This document shows positions 47,302 through 56,892 of a stretch of 64,000 nucleotides of DNA, one piece after another (the stretch's first letter is position 1; each line of letters opens with the position of its first letter). This stretch comes from an uncultured Chloroflexia bacterium (GTDB taxonomy: Bacteria; Chloroflexota; Limnocylindria; Limnocylindrales; CSP1-4): NCBI GenBank assembly GCA_963721015.1, contig CAVRHM010000006.1, positions 914,154 through 978,153 on the forward strand. The letters are read 5' to 3'. The position numbers were made by a program, and so were the translations under genes. The notes beneath the pieces are model-generated. The model saw only the letters and a program-made list of their open reading frames with translations. It ran no database searches and was not told the DNA's origin.

Positions 47302-48651
47302 CTAGCCAGCCTCCGCGTACCGGTCCGCTGCGTAGGAGACGAACCGGGTCTGGCGCTTCTTGAACCAGAGCTGGACCTCGCCGGTGGGACCGTTGCGGTG
47401 CTTGGCCAGCTTGAGGTTGATGATCTCGCCGTCGGTGTCCTGGTCGTCCTGACCGCGCTCCTTGTCGCGCCACAGGAACATGACCAGGTCCGCGTCCTGC
47501 TCGATGGCCCCGGACTCGCGGAGGTCGGACAGGCGCGGTTCCTTGGACTCGCGCATCTCCGGCTGGCGTGACAGCTGCGACAGGGCGATGACCGGGACGG
47601 ACAGCTCGCGCGCGAGGGCCTTGAGCCCGCGCGAGATCTCGCTGACCTCCTGGACGCGGTTGGCGTCGCGGTTGGTCGTGGTCGCCTGCATGAGCTGCAG
47701 GTAGTCGACGACGACGAGGTCCAGCCCCGCCTCGGCCTGCAGCCGGCGGGCCTTGGTCCGGAGCTCCATGGCCGAGATGTTGGGCGTGTCGTCGATGTAC
47801 ATCGGCGCCTCGGACAGCGAGTTCATCGCCGGCGCGATGCGGGCGAAGTCGAGCTCTTCGAGGAAGCCCGTGCGGAGCCGCTGCGAATCGATGTTGGCGA
47901 CGCTGGACAGCAGGCGCAGGACGAGCTGCTCCTTGCTCATCTCCAGGCTGAACACGCCGACGCTCTTGCGCTCGCGCACGGCCGCATGCTCCGCGATGTT
48001 CAGGGCGAAGCTCGTCTTGCCGACCGACGGCCGGGCCGCGACGATGACCAGGTCGCTGGGCTGGAGGCCGGTCGTCAGCGAGTCGAGGTCCTGGAAGCCG
48101 GTCCGGACGCCGCTGATCTCACCGCGGTGAGCGTGCAGGTAGTCGAGCCGGTCGTAGGCCTCGTGGAGCAGCGCCTTGAGTTGGCTGAACCCGGCGTCGA
48201 CGCGCTTCTGCGAGACCGCGAACAGCTCGGACTCGGCGCGGTCGATGGCTTCCTGGATCTCCGCCGGGTCCTCGTAGCCGATGCCGGCGATCCGCCCGGC
48301 CGCGCCGATGAGATTGCGCAGGACCGCCTTGCGCTCGACGATCCGGGCGTACTGCGCGGCATGGACCGCGGTCGGCGTCTCGTTGGACAGGCTGCTCAGG
48401 TAGGCCCGACCGCCGATGGCCTCGAGCTCCTCGCTCCGCTCCAGGGCCTCGGCGACCGTGACGATGTCGATCGGCTCGCGACGCTCGAACAGGTCGAGCA
48501 TGGCGGCGTAGATGAGCTCGTTGGCCTTGCGGTAGAAGTCGGCCGGCCGCAGGAACTCGGCGACCTCGACGATGGCATCGCGGTCGATGAGCACGGCGCC
48601 GAGCACGGACTGCTCGGCCTCCAGACTTTGCGGCGGCAGACGATCGATCAC
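47302..48651 (-). CDS. dnaB: Replicative DNA helicase
   Basis: PPQSLEAEQSVLG, AARPSVGKT, FSLEMS, DYLQLM, ALSQLSR, LRESGAIEQDAD, KHRNGP. Confidence 0.98.
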   Translation of the reverse strand: MIDRLPPQSLEAEQSVLGAVLIDRDAIVEVAEFLRPADFYRKANELIYAAMLDLFERREPIDIVTVAEALERSEELEAIGGRAYLSSLSNETPTAVHAAQYARIVERKAVLRNLIGAAGRIAGIGYEDPAEIQEAIDRAESELFAVSQKRVDAGFSQLKALLHEAYDRLDYLHAHRGEISGVRTGFQDLDSLTTGLQPSDLVIVAARPSVGKTSFALNIAEHAAVRERKSVGVFSLEMSKEQLVLRLLSSVANIDSQRLRTGFLEELDFARIAPAMNSLSEAPMYIDDTPNISAMELRTKARRLQAEAGLDLVVVDYLQLMQATTTNRDANRVQEVSEISRGLKALARELSVPVIALSQLSRQPEMRESKEPRLSDLRESGAIEQDADLVMFLWRDKERGQDDQDTDGEIINLKLAKHRNGPTGEVQLWFKKRQTRFVSYAADRYAEAG

Positions 48652-48974
48652 GGCGGGGTAGGACTCCAGCGGTCGGATGGGGCGGCCATTGTCCCGGCGA
48701 GGGTCGTCCGTCCGGTCAACGAAGGCCGGTCAGCCGCCGCGGGCCGGTCCACGGAATCCCACCCAGTGTGGGCGCCATGTGGACGACTTCGTGGATATCC
48801 CCAGTGCCGGCCCGGCGATCGCGGGCCATTCGACGACGGTCGTTGAACCGAGAATCAGGTCGCTGGTCGGTCGAGGCCAAGGCGCCGGGGAGCAGGTGAG
48901 CGAGCGCACCCGGGGTGCGTGAGCGAGCCCGCGGACCCGGCAACGCGGGCATCGGCCGCTCCAGCGACCTGCTG

Positions 48975-49625
48975 CTAATCCAGTTTCCGGATGACGCCGA
49001 TGAGCTTCCCCTGGATGCGCACATCGTCATAGAACTGCGGCGGGTAGGCCTCGTTGGCGGGCTGGAGTCGGATCTTGTCCTTCTCCTTGAAGAACCGCTT
49101 GAGGGTGACCGCGTTCTCCTCCACCTGGGCGACGACGATGTCGCCGTTGCGGGCGGTGGTCTGGGGGCGGATCAGGACGAAGTCGCCGTCCGCGATGTGC
49201 GCCTCGATCATCGAGTCGCCGCGGACCTTGAGGACATAGGCGTCACCGCTCGGCGCGAGCATGTCCGGGACGGACATGCTCTCCGAGGCGTCCTGATAGG
49301 CCTCGATGGGCCCACCGGCGGCGATCTCGCCGATGATCGGCACGACCCGCGAGTCCGCGGTCGTGGCCTGCGGGACGAGCTCGCTGGACAGCCCGAGGCG
49401 GATGGCCGCGGTGGGCGTCAGGCGGATGGCCCGGGACTGGGCGGCGCCGCGCTCCAGGTAGCCCTCGCGCTCGAGGATCTGGAGGTGGTGGTGGACGGCG
49501 GATGTGGAGGCCAGCCCGACCGCGTGGGCGATCTCCCGGACCGACGGCGGATAGCCGCGCGCGCGCAGGGTCGCGGCGATGAAGTCCAGGATCTTGAGCT
49601 TGCGTTCGGCGTCGTGCTTCGTCAC
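48975..49625 (-). CDS. lexA: SOS repressor LexA
   Basis: GYPPSVREIAHAVGLASTSAV, IAAGGP, VRGDSM, AVTLKRF. Confidence 0.97.
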   Translation of the reverse strand: MTKHDAERKLKILDFIAATLRARGYPPSVREIAHAVGLASTSAVHHHLQILEREGYLERGAAQSRAIRLTPTAAIRLGLSSELVPQATTADSRVVPIIGEIAAGGPIEAYQDASESMSVPDMLAPSGDAYVLKVRGDSMIEAHIADGDFVLIRPQTTARNGDIVVAQVEENAVTLKRFFKEKDKIRLQPANEAYPPQFYDDVRIQGKLIGVIRKLD

Positions 49626-49643
49626 TCGCGCCTCCTTGGCCCC

Positions 49644-49671
49644 ATCATACCGAACGGACGTTCGATGTCAA
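49644..49671 (-). promoter_or_regulatory. lexA promoter with LexA (SOS) box in the spacer
   Basis: TTGACA-N16-TATGAT; CGAAC-GGAC-GTTCG at 49651-49664. Confidence 0.9.
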
Positions 49672-49767
49672 GGCATGGCCGCCGCGCGGGCCGGATCGGC
49701 GCTGACGGCCGCGCACGAAGGGCGCTGGTAGACTGCCCGTCCCACCGCACGAGGAGGAACTGGGTCG

Positions 49768-50292
49768 ATGGCGCGTACGAGCGCGAACGGCAAGACGCGC
49801 CGAGCCCGATCGCTCTCCGGCGCCAGCCTCGGCCGGATGCTGTCCCTGATGGCCTTCCTGCCGGTCGCCAGCCGGATCCCCGACTACGCCCGATTGGTGA
49901 CCGCGCTCGTCCTCGACGAGCGGATGCCCAAGGACCGCAAGGTGCTCCTCGGAGCCGCGGCCGGCTACCTCGTCATCGGGCGGGACATCGTCCCGGATGA
50001 CCTGCCGATCATCGGCGGGCTGGATGACCTGGTCGTCGTCATCCTGGCGGTCGACCTGTTCCTCGACGGCGTGCCTCGCGAGCTCCTCGACGAGAAGCTC
50101 ATCGAGCTCGATATCGACCGCGCGGCGTTCGACCGCGACGTCGCCCAGATCCGGCGCTTGACGCCGGGACCGGTCCGTCGGACCATCCGGCGGGTCCCCG
50201 TGCTGATCAACAACGCCGGGGAAGCCATCAGCCAACTCGGTCTGGGCCCCCGACTCCGGGCCTGGATCAACAGGGAGGATCCCATCACTTGA
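49768..50292 (+). CDS. YkvA/DUF1232-family protein
   Basis: GYLV...DIVPDDLPIIGGLDDLVV motif; SD GAGGAGG. Confidence 0.8.
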   Translation: MARTSANGKTRRARSLSGASLGRMLSLMAFLPVASRIPDYARLVTALVLDERMPKDRKVLLGAAAGYLVIGRDIVPDDLPIIGGLDDLVVVILAVDLFLDGVPRELLDEKLIELDIDRAAFDRDVAQIRRLTPGPVRRTIRRVPVLINNAGEAISQLGLGPRLRAWINREDPIT

Positions 50293-50735
50293 AGGTCATC
50301 CTGACCAAGGACGTCGCCAAGCTCGGCAAGAGCGGCGAGATGAAGCAGGTCGCCGACGGCTACGCCACGAACTTCCTCATCCCCCAGCAGCTGGCCGTGC
50401 CGGCCGCCGGCGGTGCCTATCGCGCCTGGCAGCACGACATCGCCAGCCGCGAGGAGAAGCGCGAAAAGGAGCGGGCGGACGCCGAGATCGCCGCGACCCG
50501 GATCGCCTCGACGACCCTGACCATGGGCGTCAAGGTCGGCGACGGCGGCAAGCTTTACGGCTCGATCACCTCGAAGGACATCGCCGATGCGCTGGCCCGC
50601 CGGGGCATCGAGATCGACCGCCACAAGATCGACCTCGAGGAGCCGCTCAAGACGCTAGGCACCTACAAGGTCGCCATCAAGGTCGCCAGCGGCATGACGT
50701 CGGAAGTCACGATCATCGTCGAGCCCAAGGGCTAG
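50289..50735 (+). CDS. rplI: 50S ribosomal protein L9
   Basis: MKVILTKDVAKLGKSGE...VADGYATNFLIP, KLYGSITSKDI, LKTLG. Confidence 0.97.
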   Translation: MKVILTKDVAKLGKSGEMKQVADGYATNFLIPQQLAVPAAGGAYRAWQHDIASREEKREKERADAEIAATRIASTTLTMGVKVGDGGKLYGSITSKDIADALARRGIEIDRHKIDLEEPLKTLGTYKVAIKVASGMTSEVTIIVEPKG

Positions 50736-50778
50736 ACGCCCGACGCTCGGAAACGCCGATGGCGGCGTTGTCGCCTGC

Positions 50779-52092
50779 TCAGAACGAGATGAAGTCGATC
50801 GAGATCGCCCAGATCGCGTAGGCGCAGATGGCGATGGACGCGATCGACGCGATGAGCGCCAGCCTCGACATCCCGCGTTCGAACACGGTCGCCAGGATGA
50901 CGAACAGGAAGACCTGCACGTCCAGGCTGAAGCGGTAGCCGAACTGGGCGAGCCCGACGTTGCCGTGGGTGATGATCGGGATGCTCACGAGGGCGATGGC
51001 CACGACCGAGGCCAGCACGCGCGGATCCTGCAGCCGCGCCCGGACGATCCAGACCAGGACCGGCGTGGTCAGGAACAGCGCCAGGCCGTACCAGTTGGGC
51101 TGGAGGAACGGCGGGTCGTCGACGTAGTTCCACGACTGCAGGAAGATCGCGTAGATGTGGCGCGGGATGTACTCGATGGCGAAGATCCCGTGCTTGATGT
51201 AGATCGGGTCTTCGAGGACGCCCGGGATGAGCGTGTAGCCCTGGTCCATGAGCGAGCCCCAGCGGGCCAGGTTGTAGGCGAAGTACAGCCCGACCGGGAC
51301 GGCCATCCCGAGCCCGAACAGGACCGTCCGCCGGATCGCCAGGACCCGGTCCTCGGGGATCCGGATCGGCCAGCCGATGCCCAGCACGAGCATCCACACG
51401 CCGACGCACGCCAGCGCGACCGGCAGGCGCGAGATCGCGGCCAGGCCCAGGAACAGGCCGACGACGAGCGGCCACCGGCGGTCGATGGCCAGGAGCACCG
51501 CGGCGACGCTGAACAGGACCGCGCAGACGTGGCCCAGGTACCAGGCCGATCCGGTCTCGGCGACGTACCACAGGACCGTCCCGAAGGCGAAGACCAGGGT
51601 CAGGACGAGGCGCCGCCGCAGGTCGAGGGCGAACCGCCCGAACAGCAGCCAGACCAGCCCGACGGATACGGCCGCGAACAGGCACGACGCCAGCTGCTGG
51701 GGGAACTCGCTGCCGAAGACGGCCACGAACGGGAGCAGCATGAGCGCCGGCACCGGCGGGTAGACGACGTACCAGCCGCCACCGCCCGGCACGAGCTCGT
51801 TGAGCCACGACGGGGCCTCGGTGAGGTACAGCCGACCCTGGAGGAAGGCGTCGGCCAGGCGGACGAAGTAGTCGAACGCGCTCGGCTCGCGCTCGGCCGT
51901 GACCAGGTAGATGGCAAAGGCGAGAGCGATGATGAGAACGGTCCCGACCGAGTCGGGCCGTCGCGCGACATAGCGGACCAGCTCCGATCCGGCTCCGCCC
52001 GCGGGCGCCGGCCGGCGGGCGCCGGCCGTCGGCAGCCCGGGGGCGCTCGGGCGAGGACCGGGGTCGGGCCGGGGGTCGGTGCGCTCCGCCAT
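50779..52092 (-). CDS. GT-C-fold membrane protein (putative glycosyltransferase)
   Basis: LADAFLQGR, YVVYPP, AAISR, YNLARWG, QFGYRFSLD; paralogue of 18466..19671. Confidence 0.6.
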   Translation of the reverse strand: MAERTDPRPDPGPRPSAPGLPTAGARRPAPAGGAGSELVRYVARRPDSVGTVLIIALAFAIYLVTAEREPSAFDYFVRLADAFLQGRLYLTEAPSWLNELVPGGGGWYVVYPPVPALMLLPFVAVFGSEFPQQLASCLFAAVSVGLVWLLFGRFALDLRRRLVLTLVFAFGTVLWYVAETGSAWYLGHVCAVLFSVAAVLLAIDRRWPLVVGLFLGLAAISRLPVALACVGVWMLVLGIGWPIRIPEDRVLAIRRTVLFGLGMAVPVGLYFAYNLARWGSLMDQGYTLIPGVLEDPIYIKHGIFAIEYIPRHIYAIFLQSWNYVDDPPFLQPNWYGLALFLTTPVLVWIVRARLQDPRVLASVVAIALVSIPIITHGNVGLAQFGYRFSLDVQVFLFVILATVFERGMSRLALIASIASIAICAYAIWAISIDFISF

Positions 52093-52166
52093 CGGTCGCG
52101 ACGATACACTCTGGCCCGCTCGCCGGTCCCGGCGGTGGGCGTTGGAATCGTCGTGGTGGAGGTCCG

Positions 52167-53378
52167 ATGTCCGCCGTCACCCGGGCGCTGGAACGGCTCC
52201 CGCCGGGGCTGCTCGATGCGATCGTCCTGTTCCTCATCCTTCGGGTCGCCCTGGGACTGGTCGCGCTCTTCGCCTGGTGGGGCGGCGGCCTGCCTGGGCC
52301 GTGCCACTTCGAGCTCGCCCGCAACGGCTGGCTGACCATCCCGCCGCTGGCCGACAGTGGCGCCGAGTTCCCGCTGGTCGGGGTCTGGCAGCGCTGGGAC
52401 GCGTGCTGGTACTCGAAGATCGCGGCCTTCGGCTACGAGGCCGGGGAGATCAGCGTCAACTTCTGGCCGCTCTTCCCGCTGGCCATGGCCAGCGTCGCCC
52501 GGGCGGTCGGCGGGTCGCTGGCCTTCGGCGGCCTGATCGTGTCCGGGATCGCCTACGTCGCCGCGATGACCGGCCTGTACCGCCTCGTCGCTCGCGACCT
52601 GGAGCCGGACACGGCGCGGCGGACCGTCCTCCTCCTGTCGATCTTCCCGAGCGCGTTCTTCCTGTTCGCCCCGTTCACCGAGTCGCTCTTCCTGGCCCTG
52701 GCGGTCTGGGCGTTGGTCGGCGCCCGGGAACGGCGCTGGTGGCTGGCCGGCCTGCTCGGCCTGCTGGCCGGCCTGACCCGCATCCAGGGCGTGTTCCTCG
52801 TCCTGCCCATCGGCTGGGAGGCGCTGGCCGCGGGTGGCCTGGCGGCCTGGCGACCGTGGCGTGAGCTGCGCCTCCCGCCGATCGCCTGGCGTCCGGTCGT
52901 GGCCGGGTCGATCGCCGCGCTGGGGCCGGCCGTCGGGTTCGTCGGCTTCCTCGTCTACTCGGGGGTCTCCGTCGGGCAGACGCCGCTCGACACCCAGGAC
53001 GCGTGGGGCGGCAAGCAGTTCTTCCCGCCGTGGGAGGTCGTGGCCGCGGCCTGGCAGTGGACCATCGACCAGACCGATCCGCTGCAGGGCCTGAACCTGG
53101 TCCTGCTGCTCCTGTTCGGGGTGTTGTTGCTGGTCGGGCTCAAGCGCCTGCCGCTGGCGTATTCGCTCTACGCGCTGCCGCAGTTCGTGCTCCTGGCGAC
53201 GCGTATCCAGCCGACCCCGCTGACCTCGACCAATCGCTACCTGCTGGTCATCTTCCCGGCCTTCGTCGTCCTGGCCCTCATCCCGTGGCCGCGGGTCCGG
53301 CTCGCCTGGGCCATCACGTCGACGCTGTTCTTGGCCGTCCTCCTCCAGGCGTTCCTGGCCGGAGACTACGTGGCGTAG
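52167..53378 (+). CDS. PIG-V/GT76-like mannosyltransferase
   Basis: RWDACWY..IA..GY, NFWPLFP, FP.AFFL..P.TESLF, LTRIQG, S..RYL motifs. Confidence 0.8.
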   Translation: MSAVTRALERLPPGLLDAIVLFLILRVALGLVALFAWWGGGLPGPCHFELARNGWLTIPPLADSGAEFPLVGVWQRWDACWYSKIAAFGYEAGEISVNFWPLFPLAMASVARAVGGSLAFGGLIVSGIAYVAAMTGLYRLVARDLEPDTARRTVLLLSIFPSAFFLFAPFTESLFLALAVWALVGARERRWWLAGLLGLLAGLTRIQGVFLVLPIGWEALAAGGLAAWRPWRELRLPPIAWRPVVAGSIAALGPAVGFVGFLVYSGVSVGQTPLDTQDAWGGKQFFPPWEVVAAAWQWTIDQTDPLQGLNLVLLLLFGVLLLVGLKRLPLAYSLYALPQFVLLATRIQPTPLTSTNRYLLVIFPAFVVLALIPWPRVRLAWAITSTLFLAVLLQAFLAGDYVA

Positions 53379-53379
53379 G

Positions 53380-54699
53380 GTGGGCGCGATGGTCGAGCGG
53401 ACGATCCTGCACGTCGACCTCGACGCGTTCTTCGCCGCCGTCGAGCAGCGCGACCGGCCGGAGCTCCGCGGGCGACCGGTCATCGTCGGCGGGGAGCCCG
53501 GCGGCCGAGGCGTCGTCTCGGCCGCGAGCTACGAGGCGCGCCAGTTCGGGGTCCACTCCGCGATGTCCCTGCGTGAGGCCCAGCGCCGCTGTCCCGACGG
53601 CGTGTTCGTGCCGGTCGACGGCCATCGCTACCAGCAGGCCTCGCGCGACGTCATGGAGGTCCTGCGCCGGTTCACCCCGCAGGTCGAGCCGATCTCGATC
53701 GACGAGGCCTTCCTGGACGTGACCGGATCCATGGCCCTGTTCGGCGACGGCGAGGCCATCGGGCGGGCGATCAAGTCGGCGGTTCGCGACGAGGTCCACC
53801 TGACCGTGTCGGTCGGCGTCGCCCGGACCAAGCTCGTGGCCAAGATCGCGTCCGACCTGCGCAAGCCGGACGGCCTGGTCGTCGTGCCGCCGGGCGAGGA
53901 GGCGGCCTTCCTCGCGCCCCTCCCCATCTCCCGGCTATGGGGCGTCGGCGACAAGACCGCGACCGTGCTCGCCGACTACGGCGTCCGGACCATCGGCGAC
54001 CTGGCGGCGCTGCCGCCCGATGTCGTCATCCGCCGATTCGGCAAGCACGGGGCGTCGCTCGTCGAACGCGCCCGCGGGATCGATGCCGATCCCGTCCACC
54101 AGGGCGAGCCGGCGAAGTCGGTCGGCCACGAGCACACGTTCGACGTCGACACGAGCGACCCGGAGGTCATCGAGCGGACGCTCCTGGCCCTGTCCGACGG
54201 GGTCGCCGGTCGCCTGCGCTCGGCCGACGTCCGGGCATCGACCATCGCCGTCAAGATCCGGGACTCGTCGTTCCGGACCATCACCCGCCAGCGCACGCTC
54301 GACGAGCCGACCGACCTGACCGAGCCGATCTATCGGGTCGCCCTAGCGCTCGCCCGGCCCGAAGTCCGCGGGATCCGGGTCCGGCTGCTGGGCGTCAGCG
54401 CCTCCCATCTCGGCGAGCGTGAGCAGCTCGGGATGTTCGCGACCGAGGATCCGCGTCGGCGAGCCGCGATCGAGGCCGCCGATTCGGTCCGGCGACGATT
54501 CGGGTCGCAGGCCATCACCCGGGCCCGGCTGGTCCGTTCGCGCTTGCCCGCACCGTTCGAGCGCGATCCACGCAACCCGCTCGATCAGCGGGCACGCGGC
54601 GTCCTGGATGCCCCGGCGACGACGCCCGCGGCAGCTGCGGACGGTCGTGACAGCCTAGGTGACACGGACCTCGACGACATTCCCCCCGACGACGCTTGA
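53380..54699 (+). CDS. dinB: DNA polymerase IV
   Basis: LHVDLDAFFAAVEQ, SAASYEARQFG, SIDEAFLD, AKIASDLRKPDG, KSVGHEHTF. Confidence 0.96.
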   Translation: MGAMVERTILHVDLDAFFAAVEQRDRPELRGRPVIVGGEPGGRGVVSAASYEARQFGVHSAMSLREAQRRCPDGVFVPVDGHRYQQASRDVMEVLRRFTPQVEPISIDEAFLDVTGSMALFGDGEAIGRAIKSAVRDEVHLTVSVGVARTKLVAKIASDLRKPDGLVVVPPGEEAAFLAPLPISRLWGVGDKTATVLADYGVRTIGDLAALPPDVVIRRFGKHGASLVERARGIDADPVHQGEPAKSVGHEHTFDVDTSDPEVIERTLLALSDGVAGRLRSADVRASTIAVKIRDSSFRTITRQRTLDEPTDLTEPIYRVALALARPEVRGIRVRLLGVSASHLGEREQLGMFATEDPRRRAAIEAADSVRRRFGSQAITRARLVRSRLPAPFERDPRNPLDQRARGVLDAPATTPAAAADGRDSLGDTDLDDIPPDDA

Positions 54700-54746
54700 C
54701 ATCGAACACTTGTTCGGTCTACGGTGACGTCATCGAACAGATGTTC
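54696..54746 (+). promoter_or_regulatory. SOS promoter with two LexA boxes
   Basis: TTGACA (54696)-N18-TACGGT; CGAAC-ACTT-GTTCG (54703-54716) and GAAC-AGAT-GTTC (54735-54746). Confidence 0.9.
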
Positions 54747-54799
54747 TGTCGGCCGAGGTGCCCCGGGCGACGCCGAAGAGACCTTCGAGGAGGCCTGTC

Positions 54800-55060
54800 G
54801 TGGCATTCACCCGTGTCGAGCCGGTCCAGGTCCAAGTCCGGACGGATTGGTTCAGCGGTCGTCCCCGGGAGATCACCTGGGGCGACGAACGACTACCCAT
54901 CACCCACCTGTCCGCCGTTCGCGAGGAAGCGGCCGCCTACCCGGTCATCACCGGGCCGCGCACGCTCTTCGAGGTGGAGACGCCGCGCGCCCGCCTCGCC
55001 CTGACCTACCAGCATCGCTCCCGCCGTTGGACGGTCACGGCCCTAGATCGAGCGGCCTAA
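54800..55060 (+). CDS. Small SOS-regulated protein resembling DUF6504 / ImuB C-terminal domain
   Basis: SD GGAGG + GTG; G.P..ITWG, FEVET, L.Y....RRW.V..LD pattern; LexA boxes upstream. Confidence 0.7.
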   Translation: MAFTRVEPVQVQVRTDWFSGRPREITWGDERLPITHLSAVREEAAAYPVITGPRTLFEVETPRARLALTYQHRSRRWTVTALDRAA

Positions 55061-55162
55061 CAACGACGACGGATCCACATTCGACGACGCCGCTGGGCGA
55101 ACAAGCCAGCGGTGGCGTCCTCAGTCGGCGGCGTGCCCTCCCTCAGCCGCTGACAGCCGTTG

Positions 55163-55204
55163 GGAGAGGGGCAAGGAGCGCCGGTACCGCTCCTGCCCCT
55201 CTCC
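55163..55204. repeat. 17-bp inverted repeat (hairpin) in intergenic region
   Basis: GGAGAGGGGC(A)AGGAGCG / CGCTCCTGCCCCTCTCC with a 7-nt loop. Confidence 0.7.
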
Positions 55205-55275
55205 GACGCGGCACCCGTACCGCATCGTGGTCGTGGCCGGCCCCCGGCTGAGCGGGCGGTCCTACAATCGCGGCG

Positions 55276-55953
55276 ATGCATGACGAACCTGCCGACGCGG
55301 ACCCCTTCCGCGATCTGACCCTCGAAGCGTTCACGACGCGACTCGCCTCCGCGGAGCCGGTCCCGGGTGGCGGCAGTGCCTCGGCCGTGGCGGCGGCCCT
55401 TGGAGCCAGCCTGGTGACGATGGTCGCCTCCCTGTCGACCGGCCGACCCAAGTTCGCCGCGCACGAGGACCTGCTCGCCTGGGCGATCACGACCGGTGAG
55501 GGCCTGCGGACCCGGTTGCTGGAGCTCGCCGACGACGACGCGGCGGCCTACGCCGGATTCGCGGCCGCGCTCAAGCTGCCCAGGGAATCGGACGAGCAGA
55601 TCGCGCTGCGCAAGGTCGCTCTGCAGCGTGCGGCCCGCCAGGCCGCCGACATCCCCCTCGCCATCGTCGAAGCGTGCCTGGACCTCGCCGGCGTAGCGGA
55701 GGCGCTTGCCGGACGCAGCAACGTGAACGCGTCCAGCGATCTGAACGTCGCCTCGCTGCTGGCCGCGGCCGCGGCCCACGGCGCCGCGGCGAATGTGATG
55801 ATCAACCTGCCTTCGGTCGGCGACCCGGGGTACGAAGGCGAGATGACCGGACGCGTCTCCGAGCTCCTGCGCGACGTCGACGATCTCACGGCCTCCACGC
55901 GCGTGGTCGTGGGCGGCGGCGAGGCCCGCGAACCGGCTGTCCCGCAGGCGTGA
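55276..55953 (+). CDS. Formiminotetrahydrofolate cyclodeaminase (FTCD C-terminal) family
   Basis: [15 protein letters not shown]...L, DDAAAY, VP, SN.NA.SD, NV.INL. Confidence 0.88.
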   Translation: MHDEPADADPFRDLTLEAFTTRLASAEPVPGGGSASAVAAALGASLVTMVASLSTGRPKFAAHEDLLAWAITTGEGLRTRLLELADDDAAAYAGFAAALKLPRESDEQIALRKVALQRAARQAADIPLAIVEACLDLAGVAEALAGRSNVNASSDLNVASLLAAAAAHGAAANVMINLPSVGDPGYEGEMTGRVSELLRDVDDLTASTRVVVGGGEAREPAVPQA

Positions 55954-56861
55954 CGGTGACCGCCGGCCCGGCTCGCCTCCTGGAAGGCGGCCCCATCGCC
56001 AGCGAGATCCGCGCCGCCGTCGCCGAGGACGTCGCGTCGTTCACCGCCCGGGAGGGTCGCGCCCCCGGCCTCGCGGTCGTCATCATCGGGAAGGACGCCC
56101 CGTCGACCGTCTACCTCGAGCAGATCCTGCGCGGCTGCGCCAAGGTCGGCATCGATGCCCGCTTTGCCGAGCTCGAGGGGGAGGCCACGGAGGCCGCGGT
56201 CGTCGAGCGCATCCGCGAGCTGAATGCCGACCCGGGCGTCGACGGGGTCATCGTCCAGATGCCGCTCCCGCCGACGATCCGCCTGCGCTCGGTCATCGAT
56301 GCGATCGACCCGGCCAAGGACATCGACGGCATCCATCCGCTCAACGCCGGCCTCCTCCGGCTCGGCTACGACGGGTTCCTGCCGGCCACGGCGCACGCGG
56401 CGGTCGAGATCCTGCGCCGCTCCGCGATCGAGATCGCCGGGCGGGACGCGGTGGTCATCGGCCGCTCGGCCGTCGTCGGGATGCCGGCGGCCTTCCTCCT
56501 CGTCAAGGAGGACGCGACGGTGACCGTCTGCCACTCGCGGACCCGCGACCTCGCGACGCATGTCGCTCGAGCGGACATCGTGGTCATCGCGGCCGGGAAG
56601 CCCGGCCTGGTGACCGGGGCGATGCTCAAGCCCGGCGCCGTCGTCGTCGACGTCGGCATCAATGTCGTCGAGGGCAAGCTGGTCGGAGACGTGGACTTCG
56701 CGACCGCCCGCGAGGTGGCCTCGGCCATCACGCCCGTGCCCGGCGGGGTCGGGCCATTGACCAATGCGCTGTTGCTTACCCACCTCATCCGCGCGGCCGA
56801 GCGCCAGGCCGAACGCCGCTCGACGCGCGCGGCCCAACCCGAGCCCGTCCGGGCCCGTTGA
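55950..56861 (+). CDS. folD: Bifunctional methylene-THF dehydrogenase/cyclohydrolase
   Basis: [54 protein letters not shown]. Confidence 0.95.
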   Translation: MTVTAGPARLLEGGPIASEIRAAVAEDVASFTAREGRAPGLAVVIIGKDAPSTVYLEQILRGCAKVGIDARFAELEGEATEAAVVERIRELNADPGVDGVIVQMPLPPTIRLRSVIDAIDPAKDIDGIHPLNAGLLRLGYDGFLPATAHAAVEILRRSAIEIAGRDAVVIGRSAVVGMPAAFLLVKEDATVTVCHSRTRDLATHVARADIVVIAAGKPGLVTGAMLKPGAVVVDVGINVVEGKLVGDVDFATAREVASAITPVPGGVGPLTNALLLTHLIRAAERQAERRSTRAAQPEPVRAR

Positions 56862-56892
56862 CCCACCGGGCGGCCCCGCCCACAGGAGACCG

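Noticed and set aside
55060-55275. ZTP or THF riboswitch upstream of the folate genes
   Set aside because: Conserved aptamer motifs not found, and the next gene appears leaderless (TACAAT 7 nt before ATG).
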